From: a virus
Virus record (IMG/VR): IMGVR_UViG_3300020579_000009
Coordinates: 1-64,000 of that record
Length of the DNA stretch: 64,000 bases
Strand: one strand, 5' to 3'
A program made the position numbers and the translations under genes. Below are positions 45,821 to 55,101 of the stretch, one piece after another. Every line of letters starts with the position of its first letter. Position 1 is the stretch's first letter. A model generated the notes under the pieces. The model searched no databases and was not told the DNA's origin. It saw nothing but the letters and a program-made list of their open reading frames with translations.

Positions 45821-45925
45821 GCGCTCGACACGATGGGCGCTGGAAAGGTGAGCGTTACCACGACATGCCCAAGGGAGCGGAACGTTTCAATGGCTTTGAA
45901 CCCGCCGCTCCCTGGGCCTCCTAAA
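45821..45925 (+). ncRNA. Conserved structured RNA motif, copy B
   Basis: GCGCTC-GACACGAT-GGGCGC, GGAAA, GGTGA/TTACC, ACGA, long third stem, CCTCCTAAA. Confidence 0.55.
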
Positions 45926-45935
45926 AGGAAAACTT

Positions 45936-46190
45936 ATGAAACGCAGAGCGGAAGAAGCGGAAGTCATAGTACGGCTGGACTATCTGGACAAGCAGGCGCA
46001 TATCTGCGTAGGCTCTTGGCCGCGCATGGCAGCCAAAATGAAGAAGATGTACGGAGAGAGCATGGACAAGGGCGTTCGCAACCAGTCCCAGCGATGGCTG
46101 ATTCCGCTCCGGTGTATCAGTTTCCGTTCCTTGAAGCCCACCACAAGGCCTAACGTCGTTCAACCACGCCGTTCAGCAACGCATTCCTGA
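45936..46190 (+). CDS. Hypothetical protein
   Basis: AAGGA RBS; 84 aa. Confidence 0.55.
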   Translation: MKRRAEEAEVIVRLDYLDKQAHICVGSWPRMAAKMKKMYGESMDKGVRNQSQRWLIPLRCISFRSLKPTTRPNVVQPRRSATHS

Positions 46191-46199
46191 GATTATCTC

Positions 46200-46679
46200 G
46201 TGGAACTGGTACTCCAACGCCTGACGCTGACGCCAAACTCCACCGAAGGGGAACTTCGGGGCGGGGGCAAGGTTTGGGACACGCTGGAGCTGCCTGTGAA
46301 AGACGGTCTACCCGGTTCCGCCATTCCACCGGGGAAGTTTTTAGTGGTGCTTAGTCAGTCGCCTAAATTTAGCCGCAGTACGGATTCTTGGGTGATGCAA
46401 TACGCGATGGAGATTCCGCATGTGCTTGGGATTCCGAGCAGGTCAAATATCCTCATCCATTGGGGCAATTCCGCCGTAGACACGGAGGGCTGCGTCCTCG
46501 TGGGCGACACGGCGGCACAGGACTACATTGGGCAGAGCCGGAAAGCCTTTTCTGAACTTTGGGCGCTTCTCAAGGCAGCAAAAGACGCAGGCGAAGCTAT
46601 CAGCCTGACCGTGCAAGGCGGGATACCGCAAACGCCTAATACCTCTGGCGACGTAGCCGATGCTCTGGCGAGCGACTGA
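46200..46679 (+). CDS. DUF5675-family putative endolysin (L,D-transpeptidase-like)
   Basis: L.R....STEGEL, TLELP, AIPPG.F, SPKF, RSNILIHWGN..DTEGCVLVG. Confidence 0.85.
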   Translation: MELVLQRLTLTPNSTEGELRGGGKVWDTLELPVKDGLPGSAIPPGKFLVVLSQSPKFSRSTDSWVMQYAMEIPHVLGIPSRSNILIHWGNSAVDTEGCVLVGDTAAQDYIGQSRKAFSELWALLKAAKDAGEAISLTVQGGIPQTPNTSGDVADALASD

Positions 46680-46715
46680 TGCCAGTGGAATGGGTATTCG
46701 CGGGGCTAGGCGTGG

Positions 46716-47093
46716 CTATGCTGCTTCTGCTGGCCTACCTGCTCGACCGCGCGAGAAGGCGCTAGGCTGTGGACGGTACATCGTCCCCTTCTGCCCAGCG
46801 TCTCTAAGATTGTCCGCTTGAGTTCCAAGGAAAAGATGATTCGGATTCACGCATTGCCGAATATCGCAATGATGAAGAACCTGTTGGCCTGTCGGGATAT
46901 CTCCACGATGAATCATCCAAGAGAATTTGTGAGCATAGATATTCCCCTTGCCCACAATTAGATGACCGTATCCTTTGGCACTTTTAGAGCCAATCCAAAA
47001 CCAACAGGAATCCGTCTTGTAGACCTTCTGCCAGAAACGCTCTTCCGCAGTGCCGCGAAAACCTGTTTTCGGGCCGGGTTTCATGCAACGCAT
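46716..47093 (-). CDS. HNH homing endonuclease
   Basis: CWFWIG..GYG, YAHKFSW..HRG.IP, VLHHCD..CVNPNHLFLGT.ADN. Confidence 0.9.
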   Translation of the reverse strand: MRCMKPGPKTGFRGTAEERFWQKVYKTDSCWFWIGSKSAKGYGHLIVGKGNIYAHKFSWMIHRGDIPTGQQVLHHCDIRQCVNPNHLFLGTQADNLRDAGQKGTMYRPQPSAFSRGRAGRPAEAA

Positions 47094-47116
47094 TTTAGCA
47101 CAGTTCTCGCTGCTTT

Positions 47117-47635
47117 TTACGCAGGCGGAGCTGTGACTTGGCTGAGCGAGAAGTCCGTGACCTGAACAGGCGCGGCAGCCAGAATCGGCACATTGAACAC
47201 ATGGCTGATAGCCGTTCCAGCCCCATTCACGCCGGAGATGGTCAGGTTATAGGAAGCTCCGGTGTCGGTAGCTGCCACGGACGCCGTGAACTGGAGCGTC
47301 TTGGGGTCTACCGGGCCGAGCGTTACGAGCGTGTCATCCACGGTAACGACCGGGCCAGAGGTAAGTGGTACAAAGTTCGTTGCCGGGACAAGCCCGATAA
47401 CGAAGGTGCTAGTGGTTCCTTGCTGAGTTCCCTGAATAGCCATGTTTCCTCCTGAGATTTGAAACAACTGAAAATCCGTTACTTCATCTTGCGGCGGAAT
47501 CAGTACTGCTAAAAGCTGGTCAATCTTGGCGCTCTGGTCGGCAACAGCGGCCTCGATGGAGTTCAGGCGGTCATTGGCCTCATTCAGCGCCTGCTCGATC
47601 TCCCGGAGTTCCCGGTACTCCCGCCATTCGGTCAT
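47117..47635 (-). CDS. Coiled-coil plus beta-sandwich protein with internal in-frame start at 47443
   Basis: Ortholog of 2301..2768; AGGAGGA RBS before MAIQGTQQG. Confidence 0.75.
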   Translation of the reverse strand: MTEWREYRELREIEQALNEANDRLNSIEAAVADQSAKIDQLLAVLIPPQDEVTDFQLFQISGGNMAIQGTQQGTTSTFVIGLVPATNFVPLTSGPVVTVDDTLVTLGPVDPKTLQFTASVAATDTGASYNLTISGVNGAGTAISHVFNVPILAAAPVQVTDFSLSQVTAPPA

Positions 47636-47796
47636 CGGACTATCGAAAGAGCGTGTCCGCCTGCCACTTCAAGCAGGAAGCACAGAAGTCCGGCGAAGTA
47701 GCTGATACGCCCGATTTCCTGCAACTTGGGATTGGCGCTGAGCGCATACATGAGAACGCCGACGAGCGCGACCAATAAGCTGAGATAGATAATCAT
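47632..47796 (-). CDS. 54-aa two-TM membrane protein (holin-like)
   Basis: Ortholog of 2765..2929. Confidence 0.75.
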   Translation of the reverse strand: MIIYLSLLVALVGVLMYALSANPKLQEIGRISYFAGLLCFLLEVAGGHALSIVR

Positions 47797-47808
47797 GGAT
47801 TCATCCTC

Positions 47809-48132
47809 CTATGGTTTGGGCGGTGGTGCTGCTTCTTTCTGAACAGAAGCCTGCGCATCGGCAATGGCCGCACTCGCTTGCTTTGTGGCCGTGGCAGCAG
47901 TTTGCATGGAATCGGCAATCGGTGTGGTCTTTCCGCTGTTGGCCCATTGCTGCCAGAAACGCGCTTCACTGACTACCACTACCAGCCCGGTAGCGACGAG
48001 TACATGCCGGAACCAAGGCCAGCTAAACAGTGCCTGTGGGATGTCCACAAGATTGGCAAGAATGACGCCCGTAGCGGCGCTAACCGCCGATTTGATGGAG
48101 CCAATTACGAGGTCGCTCTGCTTGACATTCAT
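47809..48132 (-). CDS. Putative holin
   Basis: Two hydrophobic segments; lysis context. Confidence 0.55.
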   Translation of the reverse strand: MNVKQSDLVIGSIKSAVSAATGVILANLVDIPQALFSWPWFRHVLVATGLVVVVSEARFWQQWANSGKTTPIADSMQTAATATKQASAAIADAQASVQKEAAPPPKP

Positions 48133-48275
48133 TGCTTTCCTCGTTTCTCCCACTTCGGATATTTCTTCATTTGCTCTTTTATCTCAGCCACGCATCCCGC
48201 GCAAGGAGAAAGAACGCCTTCCTTCATGACTTCCTGCCCCTTGGGGATGTCCTTGCCGCACTTCGGGCATTTCAT
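48129..48275 (-). CDS. Small zinc-ribbon protein
   Basis: Translated by hand, MKCPKCGKDIP...CAGCVAEIKEQMKKYP; homolog of 3258..3422. Confidence 0.6.
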   Translation of the reverse strand: MKCPKCGKDIPKGQEVMKEGVLSPCAGCVAEIKEQMKKYPKWEKRGKQ

Positions 48276-48819
48276 GCGCCAGTCCTCCTACGATGAGAAA
48301 CGCCACGATTCCGAGCATCGGCGGTACGCTCCAGTTGTACGGCAGCCAGGATTCCAGATGCAGGATAAAGCCCATCCGGAAGAATGCTTGGGACAGCCAG
48401 AGCAGAGCCAGCACCAGCGACACCGCGCCATTCCTGACGTAAGGCGCTCGCCCGCCGATGCACAAGGCCCCCCAGAGCAGAATTCCGGCTTCTACAAGTT
48501 GCACCCACTCGTAGACCTTTGCAGGATGTCCCAGCGAGACGTAGGCCATGCGTGCAACCGTCATAGCAAGAACCGAGGCAAACCCAGCCGACCTGTAACT
48601 CAGTCCCTCACTGGCAATCCACACCACGCAGGTTAGAATAAAACCTGTCATTACGGCATAAGCGGTTAGATATTCCAGCGACGTATCGCCGGAGAGCCGC
48701 TCGACGCCCCAGATAACCGGGACGTAGGCTGCCTGAACGCAGAAGTAAGCGAAGAGGCTCGCCTGGTGCCGCGTGCGCCGGCCAGCAAAGAGAACAGCAG
48801 CAAGAACCAGTACCGCCAT
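48184..48819 (-). CDS. Multi-pass membrane protein
   Basis: About 6-7 hydrophobic segments. Confidence 0.65.
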   Translation of the reverse strand: MAVLVLAAVLFAGRRTRHQASLFAYFCVQAAYVPVIWGVERLSGDTSLEYLTAYAVMTGFILTCVVWIASEGLSYRSAGFASVLAMTVARMAYVSLGHPAKVYEWVQLVEAGILLWGALCIGGRAPYVRNGAVSLVLALLWLSQAFFRMGFILHLESWLPYNWSVPPMLGIVAFLIVGGLAHEMPEVRQGHPQGAGSHEGRRSFSLRGMRG

Positions 48820-48977
48820 TAGCTCTCAACTTGGCCTGTAGCCTGCTTAATCTTCACAGTGACCGCGCCTTCTGGTTTCATCACCGTCACTGTGATTACT
48901 CCGCCTGTGACTGCCAGTTTCACGTTCTCATAGAGCACTACAACCCCACCGGGGTGCGGCCCTCCTCCGGTTCCCAT
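48819..48977 (-). CDS. 52-aa small protein
   Basis: AGGAGGA RBS, MGTGGGPHPGGVVV..., TAATG junction. Confidence 0.5.
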   Translation of the reverse strand: MGTGGGPHPGGVVVLYENVKLAVTGGVITVTVMKPEGAVTVKIKQATGQVES

Positions 48978-48979
48978 AA

Positions 48980-49201
48980 TCAGTCCTCCTGACGTTTCCA
49001 GTGTTTGCCGTTCAAAATGCCCTGGATGTACTTGATTTGCCCCCGCAGCACCACTACATCCCTGCGAAGCTCTTCGATGTCGTCACGCGGTTCCTGCTCC
49101 TGAAGTTTCCATCTGAATAGATACCGCGCTAGGGCAAAGTTGCAAACCAATGAGAATGCTGTGCCTGCGAAAATCAAACCAATCTGTTGCCAGAAGGTCA
49201 T
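48980..49201 (-). CDS. Small TM plus coiled-coil protein
   Basis: N-terminal TM helix and heptad C-terminus. Confidence 0.6.
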   Translation of the reverse strand: MTFWQQIGLIFAGTAFSLVCNFALARYLFRWKLQEQEPRDDIEELRRDVVVLRGQIKYIQGILNGKHWKRQED

Positions 49202-49207
49202 GGTTCC

Positions 49208-49711
49208 TCATTTCCCTGTCAACAAACGGCTTACCAAGTTTGCCACAAAGATTCCTATCACGACGATGATTCCGATGACCCACTGATTCTGCTGTCGCCC
49301 CTCCACCCGCTGCCCGCTTGCTCCCACGCCCTGATACTGGTTCTGCTCCAAGGCGGCAATGCGTTTGTCCTGGGCCTGTGCTTGTGCGCCCTGCTTTTCG
49401 AGCGCCAGCGCGACGTTGTTGGTATTGGCAACCAGTAAGGCATCGATGCGCCCTGCCTCTGCTCTCTTCGCCTCTCCATCGGCTATCCGGCGTTCAGCAA
49501 AGAGCTTTTCCGTGAAGCGTTCCGCCTGTTCCCTCAAATCATCTTGCCGCTTCTGGGCAGCTACGGCCATTTCGTTATGGTGCCGCCTCTCCATCTCCAC
49601 CAGTTCCTTGACGTTGGCGGTAGGGTCGATAAGCGGAATCTGTGGAGTCTTCTCTTTCAGGGCATCCAGCCGCAGCAGAATCTCCCGATATTCGCTGAGC
49701 TGCTCCGTCAT
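49208..49711 (-). CDS. Coiled-coil protein with C-terminal TM helix
   Basis: WVIGIIVVIGIFVANLV tail. Confidence 0.7.
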   Translation of the reverse strand: MTEQLSEYREILLRLDALKEKTPQIPLIDPTANVKELVEMERRHHNEMAVAAQKRQDDLREQAERFTEKLFAERRIADGEAKRAEAGRIDALLVANTNNVALALEKQGAQAQAQDKRIAALEQNQYQGVGASGQRVEGRQQNQWVIGIIVVIGIFVANLVSRLLTGK

Positions 49712-49944
49712 TCAAGAATCCCCATTCGGAATCCATTGGCTACCGCTTCCGCTGCGTTGCTGGCTCCGAGTTTCCAGCACAGGCGATGCACCAAATCCCT
49801 CACCGAAGCAATGCTGACATGCAGGAGCGAGGCAATTTCCTTGCGCGTCATGCCCTTGCTCAGCAGGTTCAGCACTTCTCCCTCGCGTTCAGTGACCCTG
49901 ACCTTGACGGAAACTTCCGCCGTAAGATTCACTGGCAGCGCCAT
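49708..49944 (-). CDS. LuxR/GerE-type HTH regulator (stand-alone)
   Basis: TEREGEVLNLLSKGMTRKEIASLLHVS..SV...V..L..KLGA.N.AEAV. Confidence 0.88.
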   Translation of the reverse strand: MALPVNLTAEVSVKVRVTEREGEVLNLLSKGMTRKEIASLLHVSIASVRDLVHRLCWKLGASNAAEAVANGFRMGILE

Positions 49945-50329
49945 GCGATGCGTTCTCCGGGCTTCCCCTGAAGCTCCACCCACTCTCTGCTTACAGAGCG
50001 AATCTGAATAGGCTTGTCCGCTGAACAGGCAGGAAACTTCTTGAAGAATTTGTGAAAGCCCACAACCACCGTACCGCCTTGCGGGATATGCACGACCCCG
50101 CTCTCAACGTGCAAAAAGGGCCAGGAGAGCAGAGCGATAAGAGACCATGTAGCGGTTCCATTTCGTCCGGTGTTCCTGTTTCCATAGCGCATCTTTACAT
50201 CTCCGGCTGCAAAACTTTACAGGGCCACCATAACGGCGCATGAAGGGCTTCGCACAGTTGTTGCAGTACCCAATGCTGAACTTCCGGCACCGGCACTTGC
50301 GCCTTCGGCACCTGCTACACTGCCCCGCA

Positions 50330-51247
50330 TCAATTGAGCACGCCTTGATTGGTTCCTGATGCGGTGACACAAATAGGCACGCTCCCCGGTATGGGATTCC
50401 CATTGATGGGGTCTATCGGCAACGCGCAACTCAGCATGAGCACGAAGCCAGAGATGCCGTGAAGATTAGCAAGGAACGACCCCGGAAACGGCATGATGCT
50501 GCCCTGATTGATGAGCTTTGCTAAGCCGTCATAGTTGTAGACGTTCAGCGAAACGATGTCGGAAAGAGCGAGAGCCACGGTTCCTGAGATGTTTCCGCTG
50601 GCATCCGGCGTGACGTTGGCGACTTGCTGCGATGCTCCGCTGGATAACTGGTAGATGCCTATGGTTCCTGTAGCTGGAGCGCCGTTAATCAACACCTGCC
50701 CGGAGAAGCTGAAGTTGACGGTTTGCGGTGGAGTGGTGGGCTTGGCGGTCAGCGTGACGTTATCGAAGTCCAGTTGCGACGGCCCGGTAGACGTGATAAG
50801 CACTCCCAGATTCCCCGTGGGTTGCGAGGCTCCTACGGGACAAGGAAGCGTCACCGTAATCCATGCTCCCAAGGGAATCGTGGAACTATCGCCGCTCGTA
50901 GCGCAGAATGAAGCCCCGGCATCGGTCAGGGCAATCTCATAGGCGCTGGAATGGCCGTCATTTCTGTGGCCGATGGAGAGAGTCAGCGTGTAGGTCGTGT
51001 TGATGCGCGGAGCCACGCCGAAATCCTGCGAGCAGGTTCCCCCGTTCATCCAAGCTATGGAGGCTCCATCCGGCAAAGTAGCGAAGTAGCCTACGGGCTT
51101 CCATGTGGCGCAGTTCCCTTTCCATCCGGTAGGAGCCGTTCCGTTCCAGGTGCCAGCGGCAATGGTGTTGCTTTCAAAGCTGCCGTTGGTCACGCTCTGC
51201 GCTGCCGCCAGCCCCGGCAAGAGAAGCAAGAGAAGGATTAGTCTCAC
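50330..51247 (-). CDS. Secreted carbohydrate-binding (CBM4/9-like) protein
   Basis: Signal LILLLLLLPGLAAA-Q; NGSFE...PTGW...YTLTL...W...FDNVTL. Confidence 0.7.
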   Translation of the reverse strand: MRLILLLLLLPGLAAAQSVTNGSFESNTIAAGTWNGTAPTGWKGNCATWKPVGYFATLPDGASIAWMNGGTCSQDFGVAPRINTTYTLTLSIGHRNDGHSSAYEIALTDAGASFCATSGDSSTIPLGAWITVTLPCPVGASQPTGNLGVLITSTGPSQLDFDNVTLTAKPTTPPQTVNFSFSGQVLINGAPATGTIGIYQLSSGASQQVANVTPDASGNISGTVALALSDIVSLNVYNYDGLAKLINQGSIMPFPGSFLANLHGISGFVLMLSCALPIDPINGNPIPGSVPICVTASGTNQGVLN

Positions 51248-51285
51248 GATTCCACCGTCACATTGAACACCGTAGATTCGAGATA

Positions 51286-51642
51286 TCAATTCATATCCTC
51301 AACGACGTAATAAACATTGTAAGTAACGCCTGCTGGAGGCCCTCCTGTTGCTGAGGTGATGGGCTGTCCGGCTTTTACCCGAACTAGAACGGAAAAACCC
51401 GCCGCAGCCACATTGTTAATTGGGTCTACCGATTGGAATTGCCCCGAACCTCCAACGGTCTGAGAACCCAAATCATCTGTGTACATAACAGGCACTGTGA
51501 AAGGAGTTGCTGGCGAGGCTTCAAGATATTCCGATATCCTGAATAGGCCAGAACTACTAGGCGTAAACAAGGTGGCACTAAACGCTCCAGTCTGATTTAG
51601 AGACTGGATTGAAGCTACAATGGTTGGGACTTCAGCTTTCAT
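51286..51642 (-). CDS. Stand-alone jelly-roll-like domain protein
   Basis: IVASI..LNQTG...TLFTP.SSGLFRIS.Y; resembles C-domains of 7325 and 63223 proteins. Confidence 0.6.
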   Translation of the reverse strand: MKAEVPTIVASIQSLNQTGAFSATLFTPSSSGLFRISEYLEASPATPFTVPVMYTDDLGSQTVGGSGQFQSVDPINNVAAAGFSVLVRVKAGQPITSATGGPPAGVTYNVYYVVEDMN

Positions 51643-51655
51643 ATCTTCTCCTTTT

Positions 51656-53962
51656 TTATTTGCTATCACAACTGATTTGAATGACTTCAGTGTCGTTGAC
51701 TGTCGGTGTCCCATTATAGGTAAAAACTACGCCGGTAGTCGTCAAAGAACTAGGAGTCAAAATACTTTGATTATCCGTAATGAGCGGCTGGTTTCCACCA
51801 ACTTCTATAGCCGAACACACCACGCTCGATACATCAACGAATGGCGTCGGAAAAGTGTAGGTAATCGTGGGGTTTGCCGCTTGTCCTGCTCCGGTGTTGG
51901 TGATGGTTCCTTGAACGAGGCGGGTGTTGCCGGAGAGTGCTGTCCATGCCGCCGATGCTCCCCAGCCCGCGCTGAGAACGAGTTTTGCCGCCGTGATGGT
52001 TGTTCCGCTGATGGAGTTTGAACCGAAGTAGGTTCCTGCGGCGATGCTGTTTGCAGAGCCGCCCTGTATAAATGTATTGCCGCCGTCATCATAGAATTGC
52101 GAGCCAGCAGTGGTGATAAGAAATTGATTGTTAGCGCCTGCCGCTTTTACGGTGGTGCCGCGAACGTGCATCTGCGTTACCGTGCTGTTCAGCCAAATGG
52201 CCGCGCCGCCAGCCGACGTAGATAACATGCCCAGAGAATCATTGGTGAGATTCACGGTGCAGGCTGCGACACATTGTGTTTTCATGACGGTACACGCAGT
52301 GCTGAAAGCGCAATTGAGGAAATCCCCGTTGGAATTAAGCATGCCTGTAGAAGTAGCGTCATTGACTAAAACGATGGGGGTCAGGAAGTTCTGTCCGTAG
52401 TAACTACCGTTTGAGTTGATGATGGATGGCTGGCCGTTGGTGCCTGCCAGCAAATTAAAAACGATGGAAGTCCCATTTGAGCCGAAGCAGGCAATCTGGG
52501 CAAGCTGCATGACTACTCCCGCGTTTGTGGCGGTGCAGTTGATTGCGCCGAACAATTCCGAAATGTCGTTGAAATATACCGGGTCGCCGCACGAAGAACG
52601 CCCCATATCAAACCCTACGGCGTTGGGGTCAAGTATTCCCCAGTTGGAAAACGTGAGATTGAATCCCGTAGAGCCTGTGCACCCGCCGCCGAATGGTGAG
52701 CCGTCAAGTTCAAACAGGTTGATAGTGGGATTCCCAGAAATCGAAGCCTGTCCCAATCCATTGATGCCAAAATCGTGAGCCGCAAGATTGGGAATTCCGC
52801 CATTGCAGGCGTGGGCGCTGAATCCGTTCGTGCATCCAGCATAGTTGTAATTCGGCGTTGGAATCAGGACGGAGTTTGCTGGCCCTTGTCCAAAGACTTC
52901 CGGGCCTGTTTGGTTCACGTCGATGGGGGAATTGCCGGAAACGCCAGTCCATCCACCGCACGGAACGCTTAAAGAAGCGCCCGCGATATTCATTACCGGC
53001 CCGCCGATAAAAGCATTGCCTTCCGGGAACTGCAAAGCCTTGCAAGCGCCGGGAGTTGAGAAGGCTGCCGTCGCCGCTGCGTTAATGGCCGTAGCGTCGT
53101 CTTGGCTGCCCCATGCGAGAGCGCAAAGAGGATTCCCTGCCGGGACGCAATTGGCGAGCGCGGTTGCGGCTGCGGTGATGCTGGTCGCGCTGTTGACGGT
53201 CGTGATGGTCGTTTGAGCTAGGAGCGCAGCGTAGTTGCCCGTGCCATTGTTCGCGCTGTTCGGCCCTGCGTAGCCGAAAACAATTTTCCCGACATCCGTC
53301 CCCGCAACTCCCGCTGTCGAGCAAGGATAGACCGCCCCCGGACATTGGAAATTGCAATCCCCTGCTCCGCAAGTAACCGTGGCGCTGCCGATGGAGAACG
53401 TTGCGTTCATGGTATATTTCGCATCCCACTTCGCACCATAGGCGAGCGGAGAAATTGTCTGCGAAGGGTTGGATGGAAACCAGGTATTCGTGGCGGTGCA
53501 GATAAAAACGCCGTAGCCCGTGCCATTGATAGTCAAGTTTACCGGAGCCGTAGTTCCCGGTGTGCAAGTAGCAGGCAGTACAGAGACACTGGTAATGGCG
53601 GAGCCGCCACCACCGCTAGGCCCTGTGAGTGTGATATTGGTTAGGACGGTGGAATAGCCAGTGCCGAAACTCTGGACGACATAGGAACCTGCCGGGGCAA
53701 AGAACGTGTAGTGCCCGTTGGCCTGTACGGAGAATGGGTTAGCTTGCTGCGTGGTGCCGCTCTGGTCGCTGTAGATAAGCGTCAGGGGGGAGCACGGAGG
53801 CCCACCAGACCCACCAGAAGCGCATACAGCGATGCTTGCAGGGCCATTGGGGAATCCGGCAGGAGCTACGCTGCCATCAAACCTCACGACCGCAGGTGTC
53901 GTTTGCTGCGCCCTTGCCAGAGGAGCCAGTAGCAGCAACATAAAAAATAGTATTTTCCTCAT
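51656..53962 (-). CDS. Tailspike/depolymerase-like protein with Sec signal peptide (unit B)
   Basis: MRKILFFMLLLLAPLARA-Q; IYSD..GTT..ANPFS...GHYTFFAPAGSY; SPLAYGAKWD; DDATAINAA...LQFPEG; ortholog of 5076..7328. Confidence 0.8.
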   Translation of the reverse strand: MRKILFFMLLLLAPLARAQQTTPAVVRFDGSVAPAGFPNGPASIAVCASGGSGGPPCSPLTLIYSDQSGTTQQANPFSVQANGHYTFFAPAGSYVVQSFGTGYSTVLTNITLTGPSGGGGSAITSVSVLPATCTPGTTAPVNLTINGTGYGVFICTATNTWFPSNPSQTISPLAYGAKWDAKYTMNATFSIGSATVTCGAGDCNFQCPGAVYPCSTAGVAGTDVGKIVFGYAGPNSANNGTGNYAALLAQTTITTVNSATSITAAATALANCVPAGNPLCALAWGSQDDATAINAAATAAFSTPGACKALQFPEGNAFIGGPVMNIAGASLSVPCGGWTGVSGNSPIDVNQTGPEVFGQGPANSVLIPTPNYNYAGCTNGFSAHACNGGIPNLAAHDFGINGLGQASISGNPTINLFELDGSPFGGGCTGSTGFNLTFSNWGILDPNAVGFDMGRSSCGDPVYFNDISELFGAINCTATNAGVVMQLAQIACFGSNGTSIVFNLLAGTNGQPSIINSNGSYYGQNFLTPIVLVNDATSTGMLNSNGDFLNCAFSTACTVMKTQCVAACTVNLTNDSLGMLSTSAGGAAIWLNSTVTQMHVRGTTVKAAGANNQFLITTAGSQFYDDGGNTFIQGGSANSIAAGTYFGSNSISGTTITAAKLVLSAGWGASAAWTALSGNTRLVQGTITNTGAGQAANPTITYTFPTPFVDVSSVVCSAIEVGGNQPLITDNQSILTPSSLTTTGVVFTYNGTPTVNDTEVIQISCDSK

Positions 53963-54594
53963 TGTGTCAACTTCCTCCCCAAATAAACACCTCCGCCGCT
54001 CCCTCCACCCCCAGCGTTGGTCGCTGGCGTATTGCCAGCCGCTGGTGTTGTGATTCCAGTAACGGCAAGGTCGGAAGCGAGTTGCAATCGCCCTCGTAAT
54101 ATCTGCTGCTGAGCCACGGCGATAGTCGCAGCGGTATATGCGATGGGCGGAGAACCTACAGCCGGAGGGACACTTACAAATAATACGCGCTGCAAGGATT
54201 CATCGAAGTAGGGATAAAAGAAGTATTGCGTGTTGGCGAGAAGCCCAGTGATGGTTTGATTGCCGGGGAAAGGGCCAGCTACGGTGTTGTCATCCCGGTA
54301 TATCCGCAGGATAGAAGAATTGTTGGTGCCGTCCCAGAAAAGGGAGATGGACGTAGTAGAAGGACATGTAAAACCGAAATTTGTAGCCAGCGCGGTGGTG
54401 CGGCTACCGGCAGACTTTAACTGCGTGCTGGTAGGGTCAACCACAGGCTTGTTAAGAGAGCTAAACCCTGCGCCGGAAAGGTTCTGTCCCACAAGGATAT
54501 TGAGTGAGGTTTGAACCCAGTCCAGAAACTCATGCGTGCCGTGACTCAGATTCTCGTCGTGCGGTCGCAAGCTATATTGTCGTAACCTGCCCAT
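53959..54594 (-). CDS. Tail protein
   Basis: Positional ortholog of 8047..8577 (FLDWV/FLTWL; Gly-rich tail); ITGLLANTQYFFYPYFD. Confidence 0.6.
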   Translation of the reverse strand: MGRLRQYSLRPHDENLSHGTHEFLDWVQTSLNILVGQNLSGAGFSSLNKPVVDPTSTQLKSAGSRTTALATNFGFTCPSTTSISLFWDGTNNSSILRIYRDDNTVAGPFPGNQTITGLLANTQYFFYPYFDESLQRVLFVSVPPAVGSPPIAYTAATIAVAQQQILRGRLQLASDLAVTGITTPAAGNTPATNAGGGGSGGGVYLGRKLTQ

Positions 54595-55101
54595 CTATCC
54601 GCCCCACTCGTAAATCCTACCCCGCTCGAACTTCGTCGCCACGCCCGTTAGGTTCTCTATCTCAAAAGGTGCCGCGACAACGACGTAAGTAGCTCCATTC
54701 CGCTTGAGTTTGTCTTTAGATGCCGCCAGTCTATTCTTGAAACTGGTCAGCGAATCTCCCCCTGGTATGGGAATATCGGGATTGGCTTTCCAGCGTTCGC
54801 GCATATCGGAGAGCAGTTTTTCCGCTTTGTCCTTGCTCTGGCCGTGCGCGTTGGCAAAGTTGAAGCGTCTGAGACTTTTCCATTCCTCGCAAGGCACGCC
54901 AAGATTGCGGGCAAGGAAGAACCCGCTCTGCCCATCCAAGTCCGAGCACACTACCTTCTGAGCGCCGAGTTCCTTGAGGCGCGGGGTCAATTCCTTGAGT
55001 TTTTTGAGCTTTTCCCGTGGAGCAGGTGTCTGCCGCCAGCCCATGACTCTTTGCTGTTGGTCGTAGATGGATTCCGCTGGGAGTACGAAAAGCACCTTCA
55101 T
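54595..55101 (-). CDS. Histidine phosphatase-fold protein lacking catalytic residues
   Basis: RVMGW, VVCSDL, LRRFNF, NPDIPIPGGDSLTSF..R; RHG replaced by LPA. Confidence 0.7.
   Translation of the reverse strand: MKVLFVLPAESIYDQQQRVMGWRQTPAPREKLKKLKELTPRLKELGAQKVVCSDLDGQSGFFLARNLGVPCEEWKSLRRFNFANAHGQSKDKAEKLLSDMRERWKANPDIPIPGGDSLTSFKNRLAASKDKLKRNGATYVVVAAPFEIENLTGVATKFERGRIYEWGG

Noticed and set aside
46716-47093. HNH endonuclease as a sign of an intron
   Set aside because: It lies between complete convergent genes and no gene is interrupted; treated as free-standing.
47878-48636. 252-aa plus-strand ORF
   Set aside because: Antisense to coupled membrane-protein genes; no motifs.
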